Below, in pieces: positions 1 to 5,325 of a DNA stretch of 5,325 nucleotides. The stretch comes from a virus (lineage: Duplodnaviria > Heunggongvirae > Uroviricota > Caudoviricetes). The stretch spans positions 1-5,325 of the IMG/VR virus record IMGVR_UViG_2693429642_000022. The stretch is one strand, 5' to 3'. Position numbers and translations under genes: made by a program. The notes below the pieces were generated by a model that saw only the letters and a program-made list of their open reading frames with translations, was not told the DNA's origin and made no database searches. The first letter of the stretch is position 1; each line of letters begins with the position of its first letter.

Positions 1-151
1 AGAAGGGCAGTATGTCAGCAGTATTTTGCTGTGCGAAAACATCTATCCGGTACGCCAGGAACTCTATTTTGGCATGGTGGTGAATCGTGAAAGCCAGCGG
101 GTCACGTTTATTGTCAGCCCGGAAGGTGGTGTGGAAATTGAAAAAGTCGCC
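1..151 (+). pseudogene. 3'-truncated fragment of a succinyl-CoA synthetase beta subunit (SucC)-like ATP-grasp gene, entering the window from the left
   Basis: Seen: the plus frame is open from base 2 and translates [50 protein letters not shown]. Recalled: this closely parallels the E. coli SucC segment [31 protein letters not shown]. Seen: the resemblance stops at base 151, where the endolysin stop codon sits on the other strand; the ORF-track frame then runs on to 226 as antisense of the endolysin 3' end. Only about 70 percent nucleotide identity to E. coli sucC is estimated, so this is a divergent homologue or paralogue. Confidence 0.5.
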
Positions 152-685
152 TTATCTGTCAATTCCCCAGCACGCCAGCGCACTCTCCTGGTCACGACGG
201 GATACCTGACCGTAACAGTTATTTGAGCGAATACGGCAGTCTCTGCCACCGTCCTTAATCCACCAGCGAATCGCCTCGCATGCTCCCCTGCGATCACCAG
301 CATTAATTCGTCTGTAAAACGTCGACGGGAAACACTTACCGGGACCAATGTTGTACGGACAGAATGACGCGATCCCCGCTTTCTGGGGTTCGGTCAGCGG
401 CACTCTGATGTTTTTCTCCACCCACGCCAGCGCTTTATCACGCTCAATGGCGTTAACCTGGTCGCATTTTTCCTTCGACAACTTCATGCCCGGAACGACA
501 GGTTTACTATCCACCAGGATGGCACCGCGGCAGATGGTCCAGATACCCGCGCCATCACGGTATGCCGTGGTGTGGTTACCTTCCTTTTCATCCAGAAACT
601 GGTCGAGGATTTCAGGCGCAGGCGCACCTGCGGCAATCAGCGCCAGAACGGCAGCCGACAGGCCGTATTTGATTTTGGTGTTCAT
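152..685 (-). CDS. R: SAR endolysin (phage-21 R-type, T4-lysozyme-like muramidase), 177 aa
   Basis: Seen: 177-aa ORF with a weakly hydrophobic Gly/Ala-rich N-terminal segment [16 protein letters not shown], as in a signal-anchor-release domain, followed by the catalytic triad spacing E-x8-D-x5-T ([16 protein letters not shown]). Recalled: near full-length resemblance to the E. coli Qin prophage lysozyme RrrQ/YdfQ. Seen: no Cys inside the SAR segment, which is R21-like, not P1 Lyz-like. No Shine-Dalgarno is evident upstream. Confidence 0.9.
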   Translation of the reverse strand: MNTKIKYGLSAAVLALIAAGAPAPEILDQFLDEKEGNHTTAYRDGAGIWTICRGAILVDSKPVVPGMKLSKEKCDQVNAIERDKALAWVEKNIRVPLTEPQKAGIASFCPYNIGPGKCFPSTFYRRINAGDRRGACEAIRWWIKDGGRDCRIRSNNCYGQVSRRDQESALACWGIDR

Positions 686-735
686 GGATATTTATCAGGG
701 TTTATCGATTTCAAATCCCTGGATATGTTAAGTCT

Positions 736-1080
736 TCAGGCCAGCGGTGGAGTCTTCAGAGAACCAGTAATTATTCCCGGTAGTTTTCCTCTGTAGGTTA
801 TCAACACATCCTGCGCCTCTAAAATTACGGGGCGCTTTTCCGGCAACGGACCATCCCCTTCACATAACCCGGCAGCAACATCCATGAAAAACTGCTTCGC
901 CTGCTTTTTCGCCTCAGCTTCGTAAAACTCCAGCGTGGCATCTTCAGTACGGTCAAGACTAATCGCCACATCTGGCAACAACAGTGACGGATACCCACCA
1001 ATTTCCAGTGCCACAGTAACAGTAATCTTATTCGGGTAATTATTTATCCCTTTAACAACCAGTTCGTATTTTTTCTTCAT
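736..1080 (-). CDS. ydfR: DUF1327-family protein (YdfR-like), 114 aa, between holin and endolysin
   Basis: Seen: ORF begins 4 nt after the holin stop with a GGGGAGAG Shine-Dalgarno embedded in the holin 3' end. Recalled: sequence (MKKKYELV...EIGGYPSLLLPDVAISLDRTEDA...FFMDVAA...RPVILE..DVLITYRG) and position match the YdfR/DUF1327 proteins of Qin-type lysis cassettes. Confidence 0.75.
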   Translation of the reverse strand: MKKKYELVVKGINNYPNKITVTVALEIGGYPSLLLPDVAISLDRTEDATLEFYEAEAKKQAKQFFMDVAAGLCEGDGPLPEKRPVILEAQDVLITYRGKLPGIITGSLKTPPLA

Positions 1081-1084
1081 CGCT

Positions 1085-1300
1085 TTACTCTCCCCGCGCC
1101 GCCTTACGACGGTCCTCTCTGATTTTGAAATACAGGTTAGTCAGATATGTCAGCAGCCCAAACAACAGACTCCCCAGCACGCCTATTGCCGCCCACTGAG
1201 ACGGGGAAACCCTGTCCAGCAACTGCAGGAACCAGTAGCCCGTTCCCACCGCTGACGTGGTGTATGACACACCTGTTGTGATTTTTTCCATCTGGTACAT
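1085..1300 (-). CDS. S: Class II holin of the phage-21 S type (pinholin), 71 aa with dual-start motif
   Basis: Seen: [71 protein letters not shown] has two hydrophobic segments and a basic C-terminus; a second Met at codon 4 (start at 1291) gives the two-start arrangement; GGGAGA Shine-Dalgarno 6 nt upstream of Met1. Recalled: near-identical over the C-terminal two thirds to phage 21 S (S21-71 antiholin / S21-68 holin). Confidence 0.9.
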   Translation of the reverse strand: MYQMEKITTGVSYTTSAVGTGYWFLQLLDRVSPSQWAAIGVLGSLLFGLLTYLTNLYFKIREDRRKAARGE

Positions 1301-1375
1301 ACCCCGTCTCCCGTACTCGGAAGCTCACAACAACAAAAGGGCCACCAGCTCTTTACTGATGACCCTGACTCACCG

Positions 1376-1666
1376 TTACAGCATTGTGCCCGATTCTGGC
1401 TGTGTGTCTGTCATATCCGTCACCGGTGGCTCCGGCTGAATATCACCATTTTCCGTGGTGACATCTTCCGCCTGTGGTTCCGGAAGCAGTTCCGGGGATG
1501 GTTCCGGCTGTGCACCAAGCAATTCATCCAGAATTGAATCCACTTCTGCATCAAGACGCGCCTCAAGGTTCTGCCGAAGTTGCTGTTTCAGTGCGCTCCG
1601 GACTTCTTCAGAGCGCAGGACTTCCTTCACTGCCTCAGCAGTGACCAGCGATTTTATTTCTGACAT
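1376..1666 (-). CDS. Hypothetical strongly acidic protein, 96 aa: helical N-terminal half plus Pro/Glu-rich acidic tail
   Basis: Seen: internal ATG of the 154-aa track ORF, 26 nt downstream of the membrane-peptide stop. The product MSEIKSLVTAEAVKEVLRSEEVRSALKQQLRQNLEARLDAEVDSILDELLGAQPEPSPELLPEPQAEDVTTENGDIQPEPPVTDMTDTQPESGTML has about 22 D/E against 7 K/R. Weak Shine-Dalgarno, so translation may be coupled to the upstream ORF. No family recognised. Confidence 0.5.
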   Translation of the reverse strand: MSEIKSLVTAEAVKEVLRSEEVRSALKQQLRQNLEARLDAEVDSILDELLGAQPEPSPELLPEPQAEDVTTENGDIQPEPPVTDMTDTQPESGTML

Positions 1667-1691
1667 AGGATTTTCTCGTTGAAAGGGGTTA

Positions 1692-1886
1692 TTAAGAAGG
1701 TTGTTCCGGAATGAGTGGGGCTTCTGTTTTTGCTCCGGCTGACTGACTGGCGCTGATTTTCTCTGCGGCCCTTTTATCAATCTGCCTGCGCCAGAAATCG
1801 CGCACTGCCCTGTACCCACCCGAAAGAAGATACAGCACACAGACCGCCGTACAGAAGTACAGCATCACCTGATGAACAAATGTCAT
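1692..1886 (-). CDS. Hypothetical small single-pass membrane protein, 64 aa
   Basis: Seen: MTFVHQVMLYFCTAVCVLYLLSGGYRAVRDFWRRQIDKRAAEKISASQSAGAKTEAPLIPEQPS has one hydrophobic helix followed by a basic juxtamembrane stretch and a polar tail. Weak purine-rich ribosome-binding site (AAGAAA). It overlaps, in another frame, the N-terminal extension of the 154-aa track ORF. Confidence 0.4.
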   Translation of the reverse strand: MTFVHQVMLYFCTAVCVLYLLSGGYRAVRDFWRRQIDKRAAEKISASQSAGAKTEAPLIPEQPS

Positions 1887-1982
1887 AGTTTCTTACCGTT
1901 ATGGTTGACAATGAGAACTGTTTTCATTTAAAAACCGATATACGAAAGCATCTTTTCTTTACATTCTCCATTGGGATTACCT

Positions 1983-2019
1983 CCGCCAGCTTCCGTTCCT
2001 GCCGCTGGCGGCTTTTTTT
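1983..2019 (+). terminator. Plus-strand intrinsic terminator-like hairpin with T7 run, immediately 3' of the esterase gene
   Basis: Seen: stem 1983-1990 (ccgccagc) pairs with 2004-2011 (gctggcgg), 13-nt loop, then TTTTTTT at 2013-2019. On the minus strand the hairpin is preceded by an A-run and not followed by a U-run, so it is oriented for plus-strand RNA. Confidence 0.5.
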
Positions 2020-2024
2020 GCCGG

Positions 2025-4013
2025 TTATGATGATGCCCGGCTTTCGTTAACTTTGACTGTGACCGTATCAAGCAGTACCGGATACGTCGCTTTTGCCCCC
2101 GTGATATCTGTCAGCGTCAGCGTATCTGCTGTAAAGCCATCATTTGTCCACATCACAAGGTCAAACGCCGTCTGCTCTGTACCATCAATCACCGGAACGA
2201 CTCTTTCGCTGTTATTTCCCGCAAAGCGGAAAACAACCGTATGCCAGTTATGGTCAAACGCACCAAATGTACCCAGTTGTGCATTCGACGTGCCCTTGTG
2301 GTGCATAAGATTCAGATTTGATGCATCCGTCTGAAGGAAGAATGATGCCAGCATACTGTTTGCTGCCGCGCCTGACGCCCACTGCGACACCGGCCAGTAG
2401 AGACCAAAGACAAACTGTCCGTTCACCAGTTCGCTTCCATCCGGAATTTTGAACCGTACGGCAATTTCACCCCCCTTGCTGAGAAGATTTTTTGCCTCCT
2501 CCACTGCAACAGTACGGAACATTTTCCAGGACGTCAGTTTACCGGGCTGTTTTTCCAGTCGCAGCGCTTTCCGTCCACCGTCATCAGTCACAGTGCCTTT
2601 GCCACCGGCAGCCCCCCACTGCTGCTCTGTCCATACACCATTTCCACTGTTCGCATCATATTCAGCCACCGTCCTGGTACTGCTCACGGCCTCATCATGA
2701 CCAGTACCAGCAACACCGCCATCCTGCGGTTTCTCAACACCCGGTACCCCCGGACTGACATCATCACCGGGAGTTGTACCACCCAACTGCGGTGCGCTCT
2801 GCCCGGTAAGGAACGATAATGTCCGCCCGGCGTACTGCAAAATGGCACCTGCCAGGCGGTCTGAAACAATGCCTCTTCGCGCCCATGAACTGAAGTGCGT
2901 TTTACGATCGGCTGACGTCCAGTTACTGGCAGTGCGTGACGCAGCACCATAGTATCCCGCCGGGATAATGTCCGGATCTTCTGACGGCTCGTTTGTCGGC
3001 ACATTCACACCATGCTCATCCGTCATCAACGGCACAAAGTGAATATTCTGCGCAGCTTTGCCTTTATACCCACCGTAAACCGCCTCATACGGCGCTGCAT
3101 ACCTTTCCTTCCAGTAGTACGTGGTATCACCGCAAATCCACGGGACGCTGGCCGTTGTCCCGCCAGTACACTGCTCTGCCACATCTGCCAGTTCCGTACG
3201 GAACTGATTTACCATGGCAAGGAAAAGCGCATTGTGTTCTGCATGTCTCCCCGAACTGACATCTTTTTCTCCCTGCATCCAAATCACTGATAACAGCACG
3301 TTCTTCGGATTTTTCTTCAGGGCCGCACGGGTTCTGCTGACCAGGTCATAATACAGCGGTTTATCCGCCCCCCACAGGGACGAGCCTGCGGTCGCTCCCG
3401 ACGCTGCGTTAAACGCCCCCTCGGCCCCCGCAGTAAATCCCGAATCGCCACGGCCACATGGAACAAGAAGGATACCCGCATTCGCAGGCATAAACGGCAG
3501 CAGCTTTTTGGCAACATGCAGAGCATGCCCCACACAACCGTACTGCCCTTTATTAAGGTCCGCTTCAGGATGATTCAGGTTACTCATATCCTGCACATCA
3601 TGCAGACAGTGGTCTGCCGGAATGATGTCGTTATATTTACAGGCGGCACCACCCGGCGTCACCGTACTGCGACGCGCCAGCTGTTTAATACGCGGGTCCG
3701 GACGGTCATATGTCTCCGGCAGCGGCAGCCCTTCCCCAAAAGACATTGAGTTTGACTGCCCCGCCAGAACAACAACAAAGTAATACTCCGGTTCGCTGGT
3801 GGTGCTGATAACTGTGCCTTCTCCATCCGACGGCTTCACCACCACAGGTGTGGTGACATCACCTTCCGCCGCAATGGCCTGCATCAGGGTATAAGGCGTG
3901 ATGGCGACAGGGCTGCCAAATGGCTGCCACCCCTCCTTCAGTTTTTGTGTCAGTCGCTCCGCAAGGTCTGACGGCGACGCCGCCCTGACCACATCGTAGT
4001 GTTTAAATGTCAT
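2025..4013 (-). CDS. nanS-p: Prophage-type sialate O-acetylesterase (NanS-p-like): N-terminal DUF1737 domain, SASA/SGNH esterase domain, Gly/Pro/Thr-rich linker, C-terminal beta-rich domain; 662 aa
   Basis: Seen: 662-aa ORF with strong Shine-Dalgarno GGGAGGA; GQSNS motif in VVLAGQSNSMSFGEG. Recalled: GQSN is the nucleophile block of SASA-family esterases, the N-terminus MTFKHYDVV... matches DUF1737, and the architecture and position upstream of the lysis cassette match nanS-p morons of EHEC lambdoid prophages such as 933W. Confidence 0.85.
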   Translation of the reverse strand: MTFKHYDVVRAASPSDLAERLTQKLKEGWQPFGSPVAITPYTLMQAIAAEGDVTTPVVVKPSDGEGTVISTTSEPEYYFVVVLAGQSNSMSFGEGLPLPETYDRPDPRIKQLARRSTVTPGGAACKYNDIIPADHCLHDVQDMSNLNHPEADLNKGQYGCVGHALHVAKKLLPFMPANAGILLVPCGRGDSGFTAGAEGAFNAASGATAGSSLWGADKPLYYDLVSRTRAALKKNPKNVLLSVIWMQGEKDVSSGRHAEHNALFLAMVNQFRTELADVAEQCTGGTTASVPWICGDTTYYWKERYAAPYEAVYGGYKGKAAQNIHFVPLMTDEHGVNVPTNEPSEDPDIIPAGYYGAASRTASNWTSADRKTHFSSWARRGIVSDRLAGAILQYAGRTLSFLTGQSAPQLGGTTPGDDVSPGVPGVEKPQDGGVAGTGHDEAVSSTRTVAEYDANSGNGVWTEQQWGAAGGKGTVTDDGGRKALRLEKQPGKLTSWKMFRTVAVEEAKNLLSKGGEIAVRFKIPDGSELVNGQFVFGLYWPVSQWASGAAANSMLASFFLQTDASNLNLMHHKGTSNAQLGTFGAFDHNWHTVVFRFAGNNSERVVPVIDGTEQTAFDLVMWTNDGFTADTLTLTDITGAKATYPVLLDTVTVKVNESRASS

Positions 4014-4115
4014 GAATCCTCCCGGTCGGGATAATGTTGTGAGTCAGATAAGGAGCGAGCTGAAGTCCGGAAGTTACAGGACAATGGCAGGAGGAAGACT
4101 ACAGCCCGCAATACG

Positions 4116-4140
4116 AAAAAGGCCGCGCAGTTGCGCAGCC
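4116..4140 (-). terminator. Minus-strand intrinsic terminator
   Basis: Seen: minus-strand RNA ggcugcgcaacugcgcggcc forms an 8-bp GC-rich stem (one G-U) with a 4-nt loop (4121-4140), followed by UUUUU (4120-4116). Confidence 0.6.
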
Positions 4141-4195
4141 TTATGAATTCTGGTTAAAATCCATTCGATTATAAAAATGTATATCTCATGCTGTT

Positions 4196-4220
4196 GCCCG
4201 AACCCACTCGGGCTTTTTTT
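4196..4220 (+). terminator. Plus-strand intrinsic terminator, convergent with the minus-strand hairpin at 4221-4251
   Basis: Seen: gcccga (4196-4201) / acccac loop / tcgggc (4208-4213), followed by TTTTTTT (4214-4220). Confidence 0.55.
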
Positions 4221-4251
4221 GCCCACAAGAAAGCCCCTCCGGAGAGGGGCT
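4221..4251 (-). terminator. Minus-strand terminator-like hairpin, conserved element of repeat unit A
   Basis: Seen: perfect 8-bp stem agcccctc/gaggggct with 4-nt loop (4232-4251), followed on the minus strand by UUUCUUGUG (4231-4221). Confidence 0.5.
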
Positions 4252-4480
4252 AAAGCCGCGTATCTGTATCATCATGCACATGGTGCCGGGTGCCTCCCGG
4301 TGAGTTCAGCCCGGTGCCACTAAACCCGCGTCATTCTCGTTTTGATAATCAGAGATTATACCGTCACCAGTCGCCCCTCCGCTCAGGGGGATTCACCATG
4401 CGAAATTTTTTTAACAAATGCCCAGTCTGACAGGCAACTGTCAACTTACTGAATTGTGAGCAACATAGCATTTAACGGGG
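4224..4480. repeat. Repeat unit A of a diverged tandem non-coding element (~255 bp, period ~485 bp)
   Basis: Seen: shares four conserved blocks with unit B in the same order: cacaRgaaagcccctccggagaggggct; gccgggtgcctcccggtgagttcag; ccagtcgc..gcccctccgcNcagggggattcaccatgc; ttttaacaaa..cagtcaac..ctgaattgtgag..aacggg. The stretches between blocks have diverged. Confidence 0.7.
4355..4360 (-). promoter_or_regulatory. Candidate sigma-70 -10 hexamer (TATAAT, minus strand) inside unit A; no convincing -35
   Basis: Seen: plus-strand attata at 4355-4360 is a perfect TATAAT on the minus strand; the -35 position reads gcggag, a poor match. A transcript from here would end at the 4221-4251 hairpin after about 110 nt. 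Unit B lacks this hexamer. Confidence 0.25.
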
Positions 4481-4496
4481 AACCTGTTTTCTGCAG

Positions 4497-4524
4497 TAAA
4501 AAGGCCCACCGGAGCGGATGGGCC
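4497..4524 (-). terminator. Minus-strand intrinsic terminator between repeat units
   Basis: Seen: ggccca (4503-4508) pairs with tgggcc (4519-4524), loop can pair further (cc/gg); followed on the minus strand by UUUUUA (4502-4497). Confidence 0.65.
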
Positions 4525-4710
4525 TAGAAGGATAGCGGTCATGTGATGCCGGTTTCCCGGTAACTCAGCACCGGTATCTGAGTCAACGTTTTCTCTACTG
4601 GGTCATTTCCGATACGCCCTGCCTGCTGACAGGCTTTCATCACATCTGAAAATATAGCACCCTGACTGATACTGTAGTACCTAAGGTTCCAGAAACTGTG
4701 ATGTATCCGG

Positions 4711-4738
4711 CACAGAAAAGCCCCTCCGGAGAGGGGCT
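4711..4738 (-). terminator. Minus-strand terminator-like hairpin, conserved element of repeat unit B
   Basis: Seen: same 8-bp stem / 4-nt loop hairpin (4719-4738), followed on the minus strand by UUUUCUGUG (4718-4711). Confidence 0.45.
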
Positions 4739-4964
4739 GGAGAGTGGCGCTATGTGCCATTGCATGATGCCGGGTGCCTCCCGGTGAGTTCAGTATCAGC
4801 ACCTGAACCCGCACAGAAAGGATAAGGGTCGGTGACAAAACACCAGTCGCTGATTGCCCCTCCGCACAGGGGGATTCACCATGCCAGTTTCTTTTAACAA
4901 ACTCCCCGCAAACCAGACAACAGTCAACCGCCTGAATTGTGAGGTATTTAAAAATTTCAACGGG
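4711..4964. repeat. Repeat unit B of the diverged tandem non-coding element
   Basis: Seen: same four conserved blocks as unit A, offset by 483-487 bp; the hairpin agcccctccggagaggggct is identical in both units. Confidence 0.7.
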
Positions 4965-5053
4965 TAACTGATACCCTGCTAATCGCCTGATGCTTTCTTT
5001 TTCAGCAACGGGAAAGCAACAACCACCACACCCACCAGCCGCCCATTTACCAC

Positions 5054-5081
5054 AAATAAAAAAGCCTTCAGGACTGAAGGC
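5054..5081 (-). terminator. Minus-strand intrinsic terminator overlapping the stop codon of the small wHTH ORF
   Basis: Seen: gccttca (5064-5070) pairs with tgaaggc (5075-5081) around a 4-nt loop; followed on the minus strand by UUUUUUAUUU (5063-5054). Confidence 0.65.
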
Positions 5082-5247
5082 GTCTGTAACAACCGAACTG
5101 ATAGTCTGCCAGCCCCGCCATAACAAGCTGGGTCAGTATTAACTGGCAGCGTTCACGTGAAAGGTAAGTATTCTGCGCAATCTCCCCGACTGTCGCCGGT
5201 TCGGTGGCACTTAATTCATTAAACACCACTCTGGCGGTTTCGGTCAT
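5068..5247 (-). CDS. Possible small winged-helix DNA-binding protein (FaeA/PapI-like fold), 59 aa
   Basis: Seen: ATG at 5247 directly after an in-frame stop; product MTETARVVFNELSATEPATVGEIAQNTYLSRERCQLILTQLVMAGLADYQFGCYRRLQS; codon usage looks coding; stop codon lies inside the 5054-5081 terminator. The ribosome-binding site is poor (AGGA only 1 nt from the ATG) and the ORF is below the 60-aa track cutoff. Inference: the pattern hydrophobic-x-EIA-x-LSR-x-ILxxL-x-G resembles small wHTH regulators. Confidence 0.35.
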   Translation of the reverse strand: MTETARVVFNELSATEPATVGEIAQNTYLSRERCQLILTQLVMAGLADYQFGCYRRLQS

Positions 5248-5325
5248 ATCCTACTGTTTTAGCATGTCTTTTTCCATTTTCTGGTTAACGTAACATACCA
5301 ATAACTCTTGTCGGAAAAGCCAGCA

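Noticed and set aside
64-348. 94-aa minus-strand ORF overlapping the endolysin 3' end, considered as a possible spanin (Rz/Rz1)
   Set aside because: It sits in an alternative frame of the endolysin, is Arg-rich with no N-terminal TM helix, coiled-coil or lipobox, and ends inside the window. Probably a chance open frame.
348-796. Plus-strand ORFs 348-731 and 572-796, antisense to the endolysin and DUF1327 genes
   Set aside because: Antisense shadow frames of well-supported genes with no ribosome-binding site and no protein-like features.
1137-1328. 63-aa minus-strand ORF overlapping the holin
   Set aside because: Alternative frame of the confidently identified S21-like holin.
1666-1840. N-terminal extension of the acidic protein to the 154-aa ORF starting at 1840
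   Set aside because: The extension (MCCIFFRVGTGQCAISG...) overlaps the more protein-like membrane-peptide ORF in another frame and looks like low-complexity read-through; the internal ATG at 1666 is preferred. Not fully excluded.
2053-3749. Several plus- and minus-strand ORFs of 72-106 aa nested inside the esterase gene
   Set aside because: Shadow frames inside a GC-rich 662-aa gene, Arg/His/Pro-rich products typical of off-frame translation.
4155-4176. AT-rich stretch with TATAAT on the minus strand (4168-4173) and TATAAA on the plus strand (4170-4175)
   Set aside because: No acceptable -35 on either strand, and any transcript would hit a terminator within about 40 nt. Likely just an AT-rich spacer.
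4389-4460. GGGGATTCAC (ERIC-like) and AATTGTGAGC (lac-operator-like half site) strings within the repeat units
   Set aside because: Short matches of about 10 nt without the rest of the ERIC palindrome or the second operator half-site; most likely coincidental.
4398-4964. Small plus-strand ORF starting at the conserved ...agggggattcaccATG in both repeat units (10 codons in A, 28 in B)
   Set aside because: Unit A has an in-frame TGA at codon 11, and the A/B substitutions are spread over all codon positions with a 2-nt indel near the end. The conservation looks nucleotide- or structure-level, not protein-level.
4539-5126. 195-aa minus-strand ORF (TTG start) spanning repeat unit B, including its C-terminal 33-aa ATG-initiated mini-ORF (4539-4640) that ends just upstream of the 4497-4524 terminator
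   Set aside because: It runs through two terminator hairpins and the repeat blocks; the equivalent frame in unit A is interrupted by stops; low-complexity Gly/Cys-rich composition; no ribosome-binding site. The mini-ORF cannot be fully excluded as a leader peptide but has no support.
4014-5325. Search for tRNA genes, stxA/stxB and a Q antiterminator gene expected in a Stx-like late region
   Set aside because: No T-loop-like GGTTCGA(A/G)TC motif with matching acceptor stem on either strand, no ORFs of stx size, and no Q-sized ORF with zinc-finger cysteines. They are absent from this window or lie beyond it.

Overview
The window reads as the late (Q-dependent) region of a lambdoid prophage, with every supported gene on the minus strand. 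In transcription order (high to low coordinates) it holds: a non-coding leader (about 4014-5325) dense in intrinsic-terminator hairpins, including two diverged tandem copies of a ~255-bp element and a possible small wHTH gene; a NanS-p-type sialate O-acetylesterase moron (2025-4013); two small uncharacterised ORFs, one single-pass membrane peptide and one strongly acidic protein (1376-1886); and a phage-21-type lysis cassette of pinholin, DUF1327 protein and SAR endolysin (152-1300). The cassette stops abruptly: the endolysin stop codon abuts a 3'-truncated SucC-like gene fragment on the plus strand (1-151), and no spanin (Rz/Rz1) genes follow. No Q antiterminator, stx genes, tRNA, integrase, IS element or CRISPR array is visible. 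All protein identifications rest on recalled family sequences and motifs, not on database searches. The best candidates for something undescribed are the membrane-peptide/acidic-protein pair and the tandem structured non-coding elements.
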